The notes beneath the pieces are model-generated. The model searched no databases. It saw nothing but the letters and a program-made list of their open reading frames with translations, and had not been told where the DNA came from. From assembly GCA_004431415.1 (NCBI GenBank), contig QPMI01000475.1, forward strand, positions 27,887 through 91,886: a stretch of DNA of 64,000 nt. Direction: 5' to 3'. Position 1 is the first letter of the stretch. Each line of letters begins with the position of its first letter. Source of the DNA: Cyanophora paradoxa CCMP329 (taxonomy: Eukaryota; Plantae; Glaucophyta). This document shows, piece after piece, positions 44,095-54,806 of this stretch. The translations under genes and the position numbers were made by a program.

Positions 44095-47000
44095 ATGGAC
44101 ATCGAGCGGGGGCTGCCGGCAGCGCTGGCGCCGGGGCCCGACCCCGCCGGGGGGCCTGTCTCGGGCCGCGAGCCGGAGCGGCCGCGCGGGGCGGAGGCCC
44201 ACATGCGCAGCCCCGAGGCGGGTGCGGGCGGAGGCGAGGCGGCGCGTGCGCAGATCGGGGGCGGGGAAGCCGGGCGGGCGAGCCCGGGGCCCTGGGGGCC
44301 GGAGCACGCGGAGAGCAGCGAGGCGCGGCATCCGAGCGTGACGCCGGCGCTGACGGGGCTTCCCCGCCCGCCCTCGTCCAAGTCGGTCCACAACTCGTGG
44401 CGCACGTCCCGCGTGCACCCCTTCCCGGCCTCGCCCACCTCCCCGGCCGCCTCCGAGGGCGGCTTCGGCGGCGGCGGCAAGGGCGGAAAGCGGGGCGCGG
44501 GGCGGCGGCTCCCGCGGCTGCCTCTAGCGGGCCTCCTGGCCGCCCTCTTCGCGATCCAGCTGGCGGCCGCCTGCGGGGCCGTCATCGCTCTGAACTACTT
44601 GTGCGCCCCGCCCCGCCCGCCCCGCCCCGCCTTTCCTGAGCGCGGCCGGCGCCGGCAGCCTGAACCGGGGCGGGATCGTCTCGACCGCCATCCAGACCTC
44701 CCAGCTCATGGTCAAGTCGGTGCGCGGGCCCTCGGGATCCCCCCGCCCGTCCGCGCCCCGCCTGACCGCGCCGCGGCGGCGCACCAGATCCGGGAGCGGG
44801 TGCAGGCCTCGATCGTCGACAGCGTGCTCACGGCCCTCCAGGCTGCCGCCTTCGGTCCGCGCCGGCCCCGCCCGCCCGACCGGGCCGACCCGACCGGCCG
44901 GCGCCGCCCCCGCTGACCTCGGGCAGAGTTCGAGTCGGGGAAGCTCTCGTTGGAGCGGCCCGTCGAGCTCGTCGGCTCCCTCGCCGCCGTCATGGCCCGC
45001 GGTCCGCCCGCCCCCGCCTCCTCCGCCCCCGCTTTCCTGCCCCGCCGACCCCGCCGGCCCTTCCCGCCCGGGCAGTGCCGGTGGTGAGCTACACGTACAT
45101 CGGCTTCGCCTCGTCCCACTTCTACGGCGCCTCTCGAACCGCCGTCCCCGCCACCGACCTCTACTCCTGGAAGTTCGGTCCGCCCGAGCCCGCCCGCCCT
45201 TCCGGCCAGCCGCCCGCTTAGCCCGGCCGCGGGGTGCAGACATCGCGAACCTGAGCCAGCCGCTGGCGAACATCGCGTGGGGTCCCACCCCGGACGGCGG
45301 CATAGACTTCTCCGCCCCCCTCTCCGTCCAGGAGTACGGTGCGCGGTCCCCCGGCCCAGGGGTGTGCCCCAGCCCCGCGCGCCGCCCCCGACGCCGGCCC
45401 CGCCGCGGCGCCCCGCGCAGACCCGAGCACGCGGCCGTGGTTCCTGGAGGCGCAGACGGCGGCGCTCGGCTGCACGGCCGCCGACGCCGCCGCCCGCGGC
45501 GGCCGCTGCAGCTGGGGCTCCCGCGTCACCTGGGGCACCCCCTACAAGGTCCTACCCCCCCCTCTTTCCCCTCCCCCCTCCACCCCGGCCTGACTCGCGT
45601 GCCCCTCTGAAGGACTTTGACGACCCGCGGCGGCTCGTGCTGACGCCCTCGCTCGAGATCGTCCCCGTTCTCCGCCCCGCCGACGTCGGCGCCGCCCGCG
45701 GCGCCGCCCAGGCCCCGCCGCGGTCCGCGCCCCGGCCCTGGCCCCGGCCGAGGCGCCCCTGAGGCGGCCGGACAGCCCGGGGGCCCGGTGCTGGCGACGG
45801 CGAACTTCGTGCCGCGGATCCCCGACTGGGAGCGGCCGCCCGCCCGCAACGAGCCGAGCCTGGGCAAGGCGCGCCGCCCCCCCCCCCCCCCCCCCCCCCC
45901 CCCCCCTTCCCTCGCCTCTAACTCCCCCCAGGCGGTGCTGGGGGCGGACATCTACCTGGACACGCTGCAGGCCGTCCTGCGCGAGTTCAAGCAGACCGAG
46001 AACACCCTCGTCTTCATCACAACGGTCCGCTTCCCCGCTGCCCCTCCACTGTGTCGCGCCGTCTTCTCACGCGCGCTTCGCTCACAGCGGGACGCGGCGG
46101 CGCTCGTCGTCGCCTCGTCCGACCCCGCGGCCGCCAACCTCCTGCAGCCGGCCAGGCCCGCCCGCCCGCCCCGCCCCGCCCCGCCCCGCCGGCGCGGCTC
46201 GAGCGCGGGGGGCGCAGCGAGGCGGCGAGCGCGGTGCTGCGGGCGGTGCAGGAGCACGTGGGGCGCCCCGCCCTCGAGCACGGCTCCTTCTCCATCGGCT
46301 CCGAGGGCTACGAGGTCTCCCGCGGTCCGCCCCCGCCCCCGCCGCCCCGCCCCGCCCCTCTGACGGGGCGCGGGCAGTGCCGCTGGTCTTCGACGGGGCG
46401 GACGGGGGCGAGGCGGGCGGCGGCGGCCTCGTCGTCTACATCGTCCTCCCCCAGTCGGACCTCACGCGGGCGCGCGCGCTCCCTTCCTTTCCAAAGCCCT
46501 CGAGCTCGGGCCTCGCCAACGCGAGCGGGCGCGCAGGAGCTGCAGCGGACGACGACGATCTCGTTCGCGGTGGCGGCGGCCATCGTCGTCGCCTTCGGCG
46601 TCTCCGTCCTCTTCACCGCCGTCCAGATGACCCGCGTCCGCCCCGGCCCCGCCCCGCCCAGGCCCCGCCCCCTGCTCGGCCCGAGCCCCCCGCCCCGCGC
46701 CCGCCCGCGCAGCCGCTCCGCCTGCTCGTCGGGGCCATGAATGCCATCGCCCACCCGAGCGACGGGGCGGCCACGCCGCCCGCGGCCCTCGCGCACTCGC
46801 TGCGCCGCTACGAGGCCCTCGCCGGCGGGGGCGGGGCGGCGGCGTCGTCCCGCGGGCGCGCCGCCGCTTCAGCAGCGTCCTCGACACGGACCTCGGCTTC
46901 GGGTTCCCTCCCGCGGCCCCGTGCGCCCTGCCGGTCTATTTTTAGCTCTTGAGCTGTGCCTCGGCCGACGCCCCCCGCGCAGTCGCGGCCCTCCTCGTTC

Positions 47001-48803
47001 GGGCCGGGCCGCCCCCTCGCCTTCAAGCCCGAGCCCGAGCGCCCCGCCGAGCGCGCCGCCCTCCCGCCCCGTCCGCCCCGCCCCACCCCGCCCCCCTCTC
47101 CCCGCCCCCGCTGAGAGCCGCGGGCGCGCGCGCAGGGACGGCGGTGGGGAGGAGGCGGCGGGCGCGGCGCTGGTGCACGTGCTCAACGCCAGCGCGCCGG
47201 CGACGGGCGAGCGGCCGGCGGGCGGCGCAGCCTCGCAGCCGGCCGTGAGCATCAGCTCTGCGGTGGCCCCCGCGAGGGCGCCGCCGCCGCGACGCCCCTG
47301 TCGGCGCCGGCCGGCAACGCGGCGGCGTCGACGGCGGCGGCGGCGGCGGCGCTGGGCGACCGGCGCGGGGCGGCGGCCAGCGCCGCGCCGACCTTCCTCG
47401 TGCCGCGGGGACCCGCGGAGACCTCGGGCGTGCAGAACGACTCCCTCGTCAAGGAGATCGCCATCGCCCAGGCCCGCCCGCCCGTCGCTCCTGTACCCCC
47501 ACCCCACCCCCGCCCTGACTTCTCCCCCAGGTGGCCTTCCGGAGCATGTGCGAGCGGCTGGAGAGCATCGGGAAGTACCTCGCGCAGGGGGTCATCGAGC
47601 CCCTGCACCGCGCCGGCCGCCTCGGCAAGATCGGCGCGCCCCCCCCGCACCCCCCCGCCCGCCCCTCTGAAACCCCCCCGCAGGCCTGGAGGAGCGGGAG
47701 CTGACGATCTTCTTCGCGGACGTCGCTGGCTTTACGTCCCTCTCCGAGTCGATCCCCCCCGAGCGCCTCGCCCCCTACCTCCAGTGCTACCTCACCGCCG
47801 CCAGGCCCGCCCCAGGCCCCCTCCCCTTCTCCTTCCCCTCCTCCTGACTTGATTTCGTGCCGCGCAGCCACGCAATCCAGGAGCAGGGCGGCACGGTGGA
47901 CAAGTTCATCGGGGACGGCGTCATGGCCTTCTGGAATGCGGTCCGCCTCGGCTCGGCCTGGGCTCGAGCGCCGGCCGCGCCGCGCGCCGCTGACTGAGGG
48001 CGCCGCCCCCGCAGCCGAGCGCGGTGGCGGGGCACGGGGCGGCGGCGTGCCGGGCGGCGGTGACCTTCTCGGAGACCCTCGAGGCCCTCGCCCCCAGCCT
48101 CGCCCTCCGCGACCTGCCCCCGGTCCGTCTCAGGCCTCGCGGGGCGGGCGGGCGCGCCCGCTGATGCTCCGGCCCTGCGCAGTTCAAGGTGCGGATGGGG
48201 ATCCACAAGGGGGTGGCGCTGGTGGGGAACGTCGGGTCGGACGACCGCATGAACTACACGTGCATCGGCGACGCCGTCAACCTCGCCTCGCGGCTGGAGT
48301 CCCTCGGCAAGTTCTACGGCGTCCAGTCCATCATCTCCGAGAGTGCGTGTCGCGCCGCGCCGCCCCTCCTGCGGAGTCCTGCGAGGGTCCGACGGCTCGC
48401 CCGCCCGCGCAGGCGTGCACGCGGAGGCGAAGGGGGCGCACCTGTGCCGCATGCTGGACCGCGCCGTAGTCGTGGGGCGCTCGCAGCCCGTGCTCATCTA
48501 CGAGCTCATGGGCCGCCGCCGCCGCTCCGGATCCGCCGCCGAGCCGGCGAGCTCGAAGCTCCCTCGATCGGGGCGCTGGGCGCGGAGGCGGCGGCGGCGC
48601 AGCAGGAGGAGCTGGCGCGGCGCTACGAGGCGGCGCTGCGGACGCTGTGGGCGCGCGACATCGCGGCGGCGCTGGCGGCCTTCGGGGACCTCGCGCGGGA
48701 CTTCCCGCGGGACGGCCCCACGCGCGTCATGCTCGAGCGGGCGGGGCGCTTCTCGCAGGACCCCGCCGCCTTCTCCGACGTCTTCGTCGCCTCCTACAAG
48801 TGA
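44095..48803 (+). CDS. Membrane class III adenylate cyclase with extracellular (Cache-like) sensor region (multi-exon)
   Basis: Two TM segments. ERELTIFFADVAGFTSLSE, GTVDKFIGDGVMAFWNA, RMGIHKG..VGNVGSDDRMNYTCIGDAVNLASRLES. The K in DKFIGD indicates ATP specificity. Confidence 0.88.
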
Positions 48804-49223
48804 CCCCCGCCCGGGGGGCCCTTGAGCTTCTTTCTTGTCATTCTTGTTATTATCGACAGCGGTCTCCCCCCTAGGCTTCTTTATTTGCTTTTCGATGTGT
48901 AGCTGTACATGTGGATGCCTCACCGAGCCTCCTGTTTTCTCCGAGGCCTGTGCAAGTTACAGTGCAACTGCACTTTTGTGATACTATGATACCCTGCTTT
49001 TCATTACCCTGATCTACTGAGCTATTCGAGTTTAAATACTTTATATGTGCTGCTGTCACAACATACCTAATTATTATGATATATATCTTGCTTCTTCGTG
49101 CTCGTAGTTTATTGAATAGAAAGTATGCGGACTGTATGAGTCCGACGGTCTGTATCATCGGTTTGTACATGTGTGACGATGTGTCACACTGTGACATGAT
49201 GTGTGCCGCGCCTTCGTACAGTA

Positions 49224-49437
49224 CTGTAGAAGGCGGAAAATTGCCGAGGCGAAAAATTGCCGAATTCGTCCCAAACCGAAATTGCCGAGTCGATAAATTG
49301 CCGAGGACAGACGTCCGCTCTATGGCGGCCCGAAAATCCCTACCCCCAGCAACATTGCCGAGTCATTAAATTGCCGAATTCGGTGTCTCGGCAATTTACG
49401 GCAATTTAAAGACCCGGCAATTTTCCGCCTCCTACAG
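49224..49437. mobile_element. MITE with TA duplication and AATTGCCG subterminal repeats
   Basis: TA-CTGTAGAAGGCGGAAAATTGCCG ... CGGCAATTTTCCGCCTCCTACAG-TA. Confidence 0.8.
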
Positions 49438-49710
49438 TACTCTCTTTGTTTTGAGTAACTTTTGACTTCGCCAGCGCTACGCAGGCTAACGCAGCGGCGC
49501 AGCCTACCGTAGTACGCTTCCCGCCATGGCCAGCGCCCAAATTCGAAGCTCAGCGGCTCCCGGAGTCCCGAATCCCGAATCCCGATCGCGCCGCGGCGAG
49601 TCCCCGCCGACGAAAGTTCCGGACTCCGGAGCTGCTGGCAGCCTGCCGCTCCCGGGACATGATATACTGGAGTAACTGGACCCATTACTGAGTCATACTG
49701 ACCAGTACTA

Positions 49711-51170
49711 CTGTAGGACGTCTTAAATTGCCGTCGTGAAAAATTGCCGAATTCGCCCAAAACGGAATTGCCGTGGTAATAAATTGCCGAATCCAAAAAT
49801 TTTGTTTGTTGGGGAAGGACCCCCTTCCCCTTCCCCCACTTGGGGGTGTTCGGGTGCCCACCCTAGGCCAAAATGAAATGTCCCGACCTCCCAAAACTCA
49901 GGTTTTCTCGCCTTTTGCTTGCAAGGCATGTCCCTAGGAGTCCGGAAACGTGTTCCGGGACATTCGGGCCCCGTCCGGTGGGCCAGGAATGGGCAATAAC
50001 ATGTTTTCGAAAAATGCGGTCTAGCGCCTCACCAGGTGGCGGTATATCTGCCGAACCAAGTGCGCCTAAATGCGCGTAATGAGCCCGTCGATTCATGTCA
50101 TACATGCCGAGACCGAAGGAGCACAGGGTGGCCCGCTAGGCCGCCTCAAGTACCTTTGTACTTGCTAGTCCGAGACTCGATCTATCGAAACTCCTGAGAG
50201 TTTCGGCCGATTGCTGGGTACACCGCTTGAACGCTGAGGTCCGCTAGGTGCCACGGTGGACAAGGAACAGCAGCTTCGTTTGTGCAACAGAGCAGCCGGC
50301 GCCGCCCCCGCCCGCGCCCCCGTCGCCGGCCCCGGCGGCGCGGCTCCTCCCGCTCCTGGAGCGCGACCTATCCGCCATCGCACGCTTCCCCGCGCTCCAG
50401 GCGATGCCATGATGGCGGCGGTGGTCTAGCGGCGGCACTCGGGCCGAGACAGCTAGCTTCGATTCATTGGCCTCCGAGACTCACCCCCCCTCTCTTCTTT
50501 CCTTTCTCTTCACCCAGCCCACAAGAGCCCGGCCCCCTCCCCCCGCCTCCCTCCTCCTCCTCCGGATCCTCCTCCTTCCCCCCCCCCCCCCCCCCCCCCA
50601 AATTTCCCACTGGGCCACCTCTCCCCCCGTTCACGCCGTGACGCAGCGCCAAGGTCTATGTTCCACATGCTCCTGTAAGGCTAGGATCAGACAACTATAG
50701 CTAGTTAGCACGTCGCCCCCCTAGGCCTTCCAATTGGAAGTCTCAGAGCAAGCCTCGCTTCCAATTGGGTGCCTGTTCAAAGTCTACTTCCTAATTGCAA
50801 CCTGCTCAGAACCTGCTCAGAACTTAGAGGTCCTTCCCCTCCAACAGGGCCGCTGCGACAGCAGTGTTCCTGTTCCGTTCATATGGGGCAGAAAATTAGC
50901 CCCCCTCCCCCCCCCCCCCCCCCCCCCCCCCCGAGGTACAAACTAGCTAAGGCTGACTATGACTGCGCATGCGAGCTCGAGGCGCCGGCCGCGGCGGCCT
51001 CCGCACGTCGTCGCTCATGGCGAGGTTCAAACTGTGCCGCGAACGTCGACGGCTGCGCCGAGGGACGGGGGGGGGGGACGAGCGACATTGCCGTCCCTTA
51101 AAATTGCCGAATTCGGCCTCTCGGCAATTTACGGCAAAATAAAACGACGGCTAAAAAAGCCGTCCTACAG
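49711..51170. mobile_element. 1.46-kb non-autonomous DNA transposon (same AATTGCCG family)
   Basis: TA-CTGTAGGACG ... CGTCCTACAG-TA with multiple AATTGCCG motifs at both ends. Confidence 0.75.
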
Positions 51171-51297
51171 TAGTTTCTGGTACAGACCGTGACTGTACAG
51201 AAATGCATGATACTGTGGGAGGCGGAATTTCGCCAGAGTCTATTAATTGCCGTAATTTACAAATTGCCGAAACGCCGAATTCGAATTCGGCAATTTA

Positions 51298-51588
51298 TTT
51301 TTTTTTGGTAAATTACCGGCCACAGTCTCTAGACACCAGCACTGCGGGGGCTGCCCAGGGGGCATAAAGACAAAAAAGCAAAATAACTAAGACAAGAGCA
51401 CGAAGAAAGATAAGACAAAGAGCCAAAATCGACAATAAAAAAGAAAAGACACGGAGCTCGAGACAGATCGAGAAGAGACGAGAAATCGAGCAGATCTAGG
51501 GACAGAGGATGACTGACACGAAGAAGAGCCAGAGCTAGAGATACCATCAATATCGGAAGGAATTACATCACTAAGAAGCGGAGGACAA
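51298..51588 (-). mobile_element. 5'-truncated copy of the poly(A) retroposon, inserted into an AATTGCCG MITE
   Basis: Reverse complement of ~43258-43567. Flanked by AATTCGGCAATTTA (51284-51297) and AATTTGGCAATTTA (51588-51601). A further 3' end lies at ~51775-51858 (+). Confidence 0.8.
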
Positions 51589-52754
51589 ATTTGGCAATTT
51601 AACGACTCGGCGTACGTATATATATAAAGATAAATTGTCGAATTCGCCTAAACTATATATATATATATATATTCGATGTACATGTCCTGCGAAAAGACTA
51701 GAATTAGGTCTTGTTGCTTTTAGTGCTCTTGCCTTAATTAGTTTTCTTATTTCAGTCGTTCTCTTTGTTGAATATGCCCCCTGGGCAGCCCCCGCAGTAC
51801 TAGTGCAGCAGTAGTGCTGGTGTCTAGAGACTGTGGCCGGTAATTCACCAAAAAAAATAGAATTAGATCGATATCTAGATTCTAGAACCTTGAATTTTTT
51901 CGATCGATTCAATGTCGAGTTCGAAGTCTTCGATCGGCATTGCCATTGGCCGAAGGGCTTCAAATTCGTCGACGTGTTAGCTTCGCCGATCGCGACGAAT
52001 TCGAAGGTCGGACGTCGACGTCGACGTTCGAATTCGGTTTTAATTTGCGATTGGCCAAGGGGGTTTCGTCGGACGAACGTCAGACGAACGTTAAAATGCA
52101 TTTACTGCAAACGTACGAATATCCGCCATCGTTTAATTTCGACTATTTTCGCCAGACCCGTGCGTTGGCGAATATTTGACGCTGGCGAATTGAGCTTTTG
52201 TATGGAGAGAGGGGTACTAGCCGCTGATTCGTCTATGGCGAGGGTCTCGGGGTGGCGAAATCAAGACGCTGGCGGACTAATTTTCGCCAGGATTTTCGGG
52301 TTTTGGCGAAATAAAGTGCTGGCGGATATAGGCTGCAGCCTGCAGCACTACCAGTAGTAGCTGCACTACGTATACCGTCCAACTTGCCAAGTTGGCTTTG
52401 AGTGGGCATTGTCAAGTTGAATCTCTCAAAGCTGATCCAGGCCCTCCGGATCCGGATCCGCATATGCATGCGCAGCCGTTGAGCTTGCAAAGGAGGACTC
52501 CGGGAGGCGGAGAGAGCCGCAAGGCTGGCGGCGAGGTTGGGCGGCAAGGTCGTGCCGCCGCGGCCGTCTTTGTCCCATGCATATGGCCAGGACTCCAGGA
52601 GGGGGCCCCGGGGCCCTCAGGGGTGCAGGCCTAGGAGGCTAGGACGACGACGAGGAGGAGGATGAGCCCGAGGAGGAGGAAGATGACGAGTACTACGGTA
52701 GGACGTAGCTGAGCCCTTTGGGGGCCTTGCCAAGTTGCTGCGCCCTCTCTCGTA

Positions 52755-52940
52755 CCGTCGGGCACTAAATTACCGTAGTACCGCGGCATAAATTACCGCG
52801 CGTTTTAAAACCCGGCCCGCCATAGGCCCATAGAGCAAAATACCGCGGTACGTACCAAATTACCGCGTTTTTACAAATTCTCGGCGCGGTAATTTGGTAC
52901 CGCGGTAATTAAGTGGGCGCGGTATTTATGTGTTCTACGG
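52755..52940. mobile_element. MITE (TACCGT...ACGGTA ends, AATTACCGCG repeats)
   Basis: Imperfect terminal inverted repeats. Related degenerate copy at ~17863-18062. Confidence 0.5.
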
Positions 52941-52979
52941 TAGCCGGCGCGCTGTTGTGTAGCTATAGGCCTAGGAGAG

Positions 52980-53130
52980 ATAGGAAACTTCCTATGGAAA
53001 CTATGGAAACTTCCTATGGAAACTATGGCAACCGTTGAACCTTGGAAACTTCCTATGGAACCTATGGAAACTATGGAAACTTCCTATGGAAACTATGGCA
53101 GATAGGAAACTTCCTATGGAAACTTCCTAT
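52980..53130. repeat. Minisatellite GGAAACTTCCTATGGAAACTAT
   Basis: Tandem imperfect copies visible directly. Confidence 0.85.
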
Positions 53131-53200
53131 CAGTTTCAACTTGGCAACCGTTGAACCACCGAACAGCGCTGGCTGCAGGGCCGGTGCAGCCTGGCATGCG

Positions 53201-53967
53201 CAGGGGCGCGGTCCGGCGTCCGAGGCAGAGGCAGAGACGTAATTCTGATTGGTTCGTCAAGTCTGCCTGCAGAATTTAACTTGAAAATACTATGATAGGC
53301 TCTGGACCGCCGCGCGCGGGCCGGTACCGGTACCGGCCTGCCTCGATCTGCCTCGACTTGAAACCCCGGACCGGCACGGCGGCACCTGCCTTGCCAGTGC
53401 CTTGCCAGGCTTGCCTTGCCTTTTTCTGCCTCGGCTGCCTACCGGTAGGTCGCGCCGGCGCCGAGGCCCCCCCCTAGCAGACCGAGGCAGACTTTTTTTC
53501 CGACCTGCAGCCAACGCATCGCGCCTACGGCGTAGCTGATGCGCGCTCGCTAGCGCTCCGTAAACGCGACGGCAAAGTGATCAGCATGCTTCAGCCGACC
53601 TGTGCGCGTTGAGCTCGTCGCCCAGCTCGGCCGGGCAGCCGACATCGCCAGCTTGCGAACTTTCTGGAACTTCGGAAGCTCGGCGCCGCGCGCCCGGCGG
53701 CCCAGACGCGTGCAGATGCTGCCAGGAACCTAGAGTAGCACTATGCACGCGTGCGCAATGCGCCGCAGCCCGCAGGACGCTGGCGGCGCTTTCTGGCCGA
53801 CTTCGCGAAGCTTCTTGCCTTGCCTAGGTTGACGACCGGACCGACCCAGGCAAGGCAGAATTAGGCAGAGGCAGAATTAACTTGAAATTTCACGTATCCG
53901 GGGCAGAGGCAGACTTGAAATAGGCAGAAAGGCAGCAGGCAGCCGGACGGCCCGGACCGCGCCCCAG
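53201..53967. mobile_element. Possible hAT-like non-autonomous element with GGCAGA subterminal repeats
   Basis: CAGGGGCGCGGTCCGG ... CCGGACCGCGCCCCAG inverted ends. No clear TSD. Confidence 0.45.
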
Positions 53968-53986
53968 GCTCCACAGCTGCAAGTTA

Positions 53987-54245
53987 CTGTAGTATTGCTT
54001 TTTTAGCCGATGTTTTAAGTTGCCGTATATTGCCGAGAGGCCGCCGGGCCGACTTCGGCAACTTTAAGCCACGGCAATTTTGAGGGGGTATACGGTACCT
54101 TGGGCTAAACGGCAGCTTTTGTATGGCGCCATACTATGATAGAGGATCCCGGAAATCCAGAGTTTCGGCAATTTATCGCCACGGCAATTCCGGTTTTGGT
54201 CGAATTCGGCAATTTAACTACGCGGCAATTTAAGCATTCCTACAG
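53987..54245. mobile_element. MITE of the AATTGCCG family (opposite orientation to 49711..51170)
   Basis: TA-CTGTAG ... CCTACAG-TA. Ends match the reverse complement of the 49711..51170 ends. Confidence 0.7.
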
Positions 54246-54806
54246 TAAAGCCTGCAAGTTGCTGCAACTTGCCTGCAGCTGCGAGCTGCGTGACAGCCTC
54301 TGACAGGCACTGACACTGTCTGACAGCCTGTGACAGGACACGCTCATGATCATGATCATATCACACATACCGGTATATAGGACACGCTCATGATCATAAT
54401 CATCGGATCATCGGATCAGCCCGGATTCAGCCGACGGGGCCTGGGCTCGCAGGAGTCGCAGCTCCAAAGAGGCGCCGGGTCTCGACTCTCGAGACAAAGC
54501 TAAGAGGCGCAGATATAGCTAGCCTGAGACTCTGAGATCTAGAGAAACGTCTGCGCATACGTACGAGCACAAAGCTGCAGCGGTGAGCACTTACACCGCA
54601 TACGTACTGCGGCAGTGGGAGTATTGCCAAGTTGGCAGGATCCCCAGTCCTGATCGTTAGCTCCTTGCAATCGGGTGCGTATGCTTTCCGAAGTTCGAAT
54701 TCGCGCGAGACTCCGACTTCTCCTTATTATATAATCAGCATTAGCGATAGCGCGCTTCTTACACGTGCGCCTTCATCATCTACAGGAGCACGAGATGATC
54801 GCAACT

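Noticed and set aside
18900-48900. Numerous long Arg/Pro/Gly/Ala-rich ORFs on both strands
   Set aside because: Shadow frames caused by very high GC content and read-through of short introns. The real products are the spliced genes listed.
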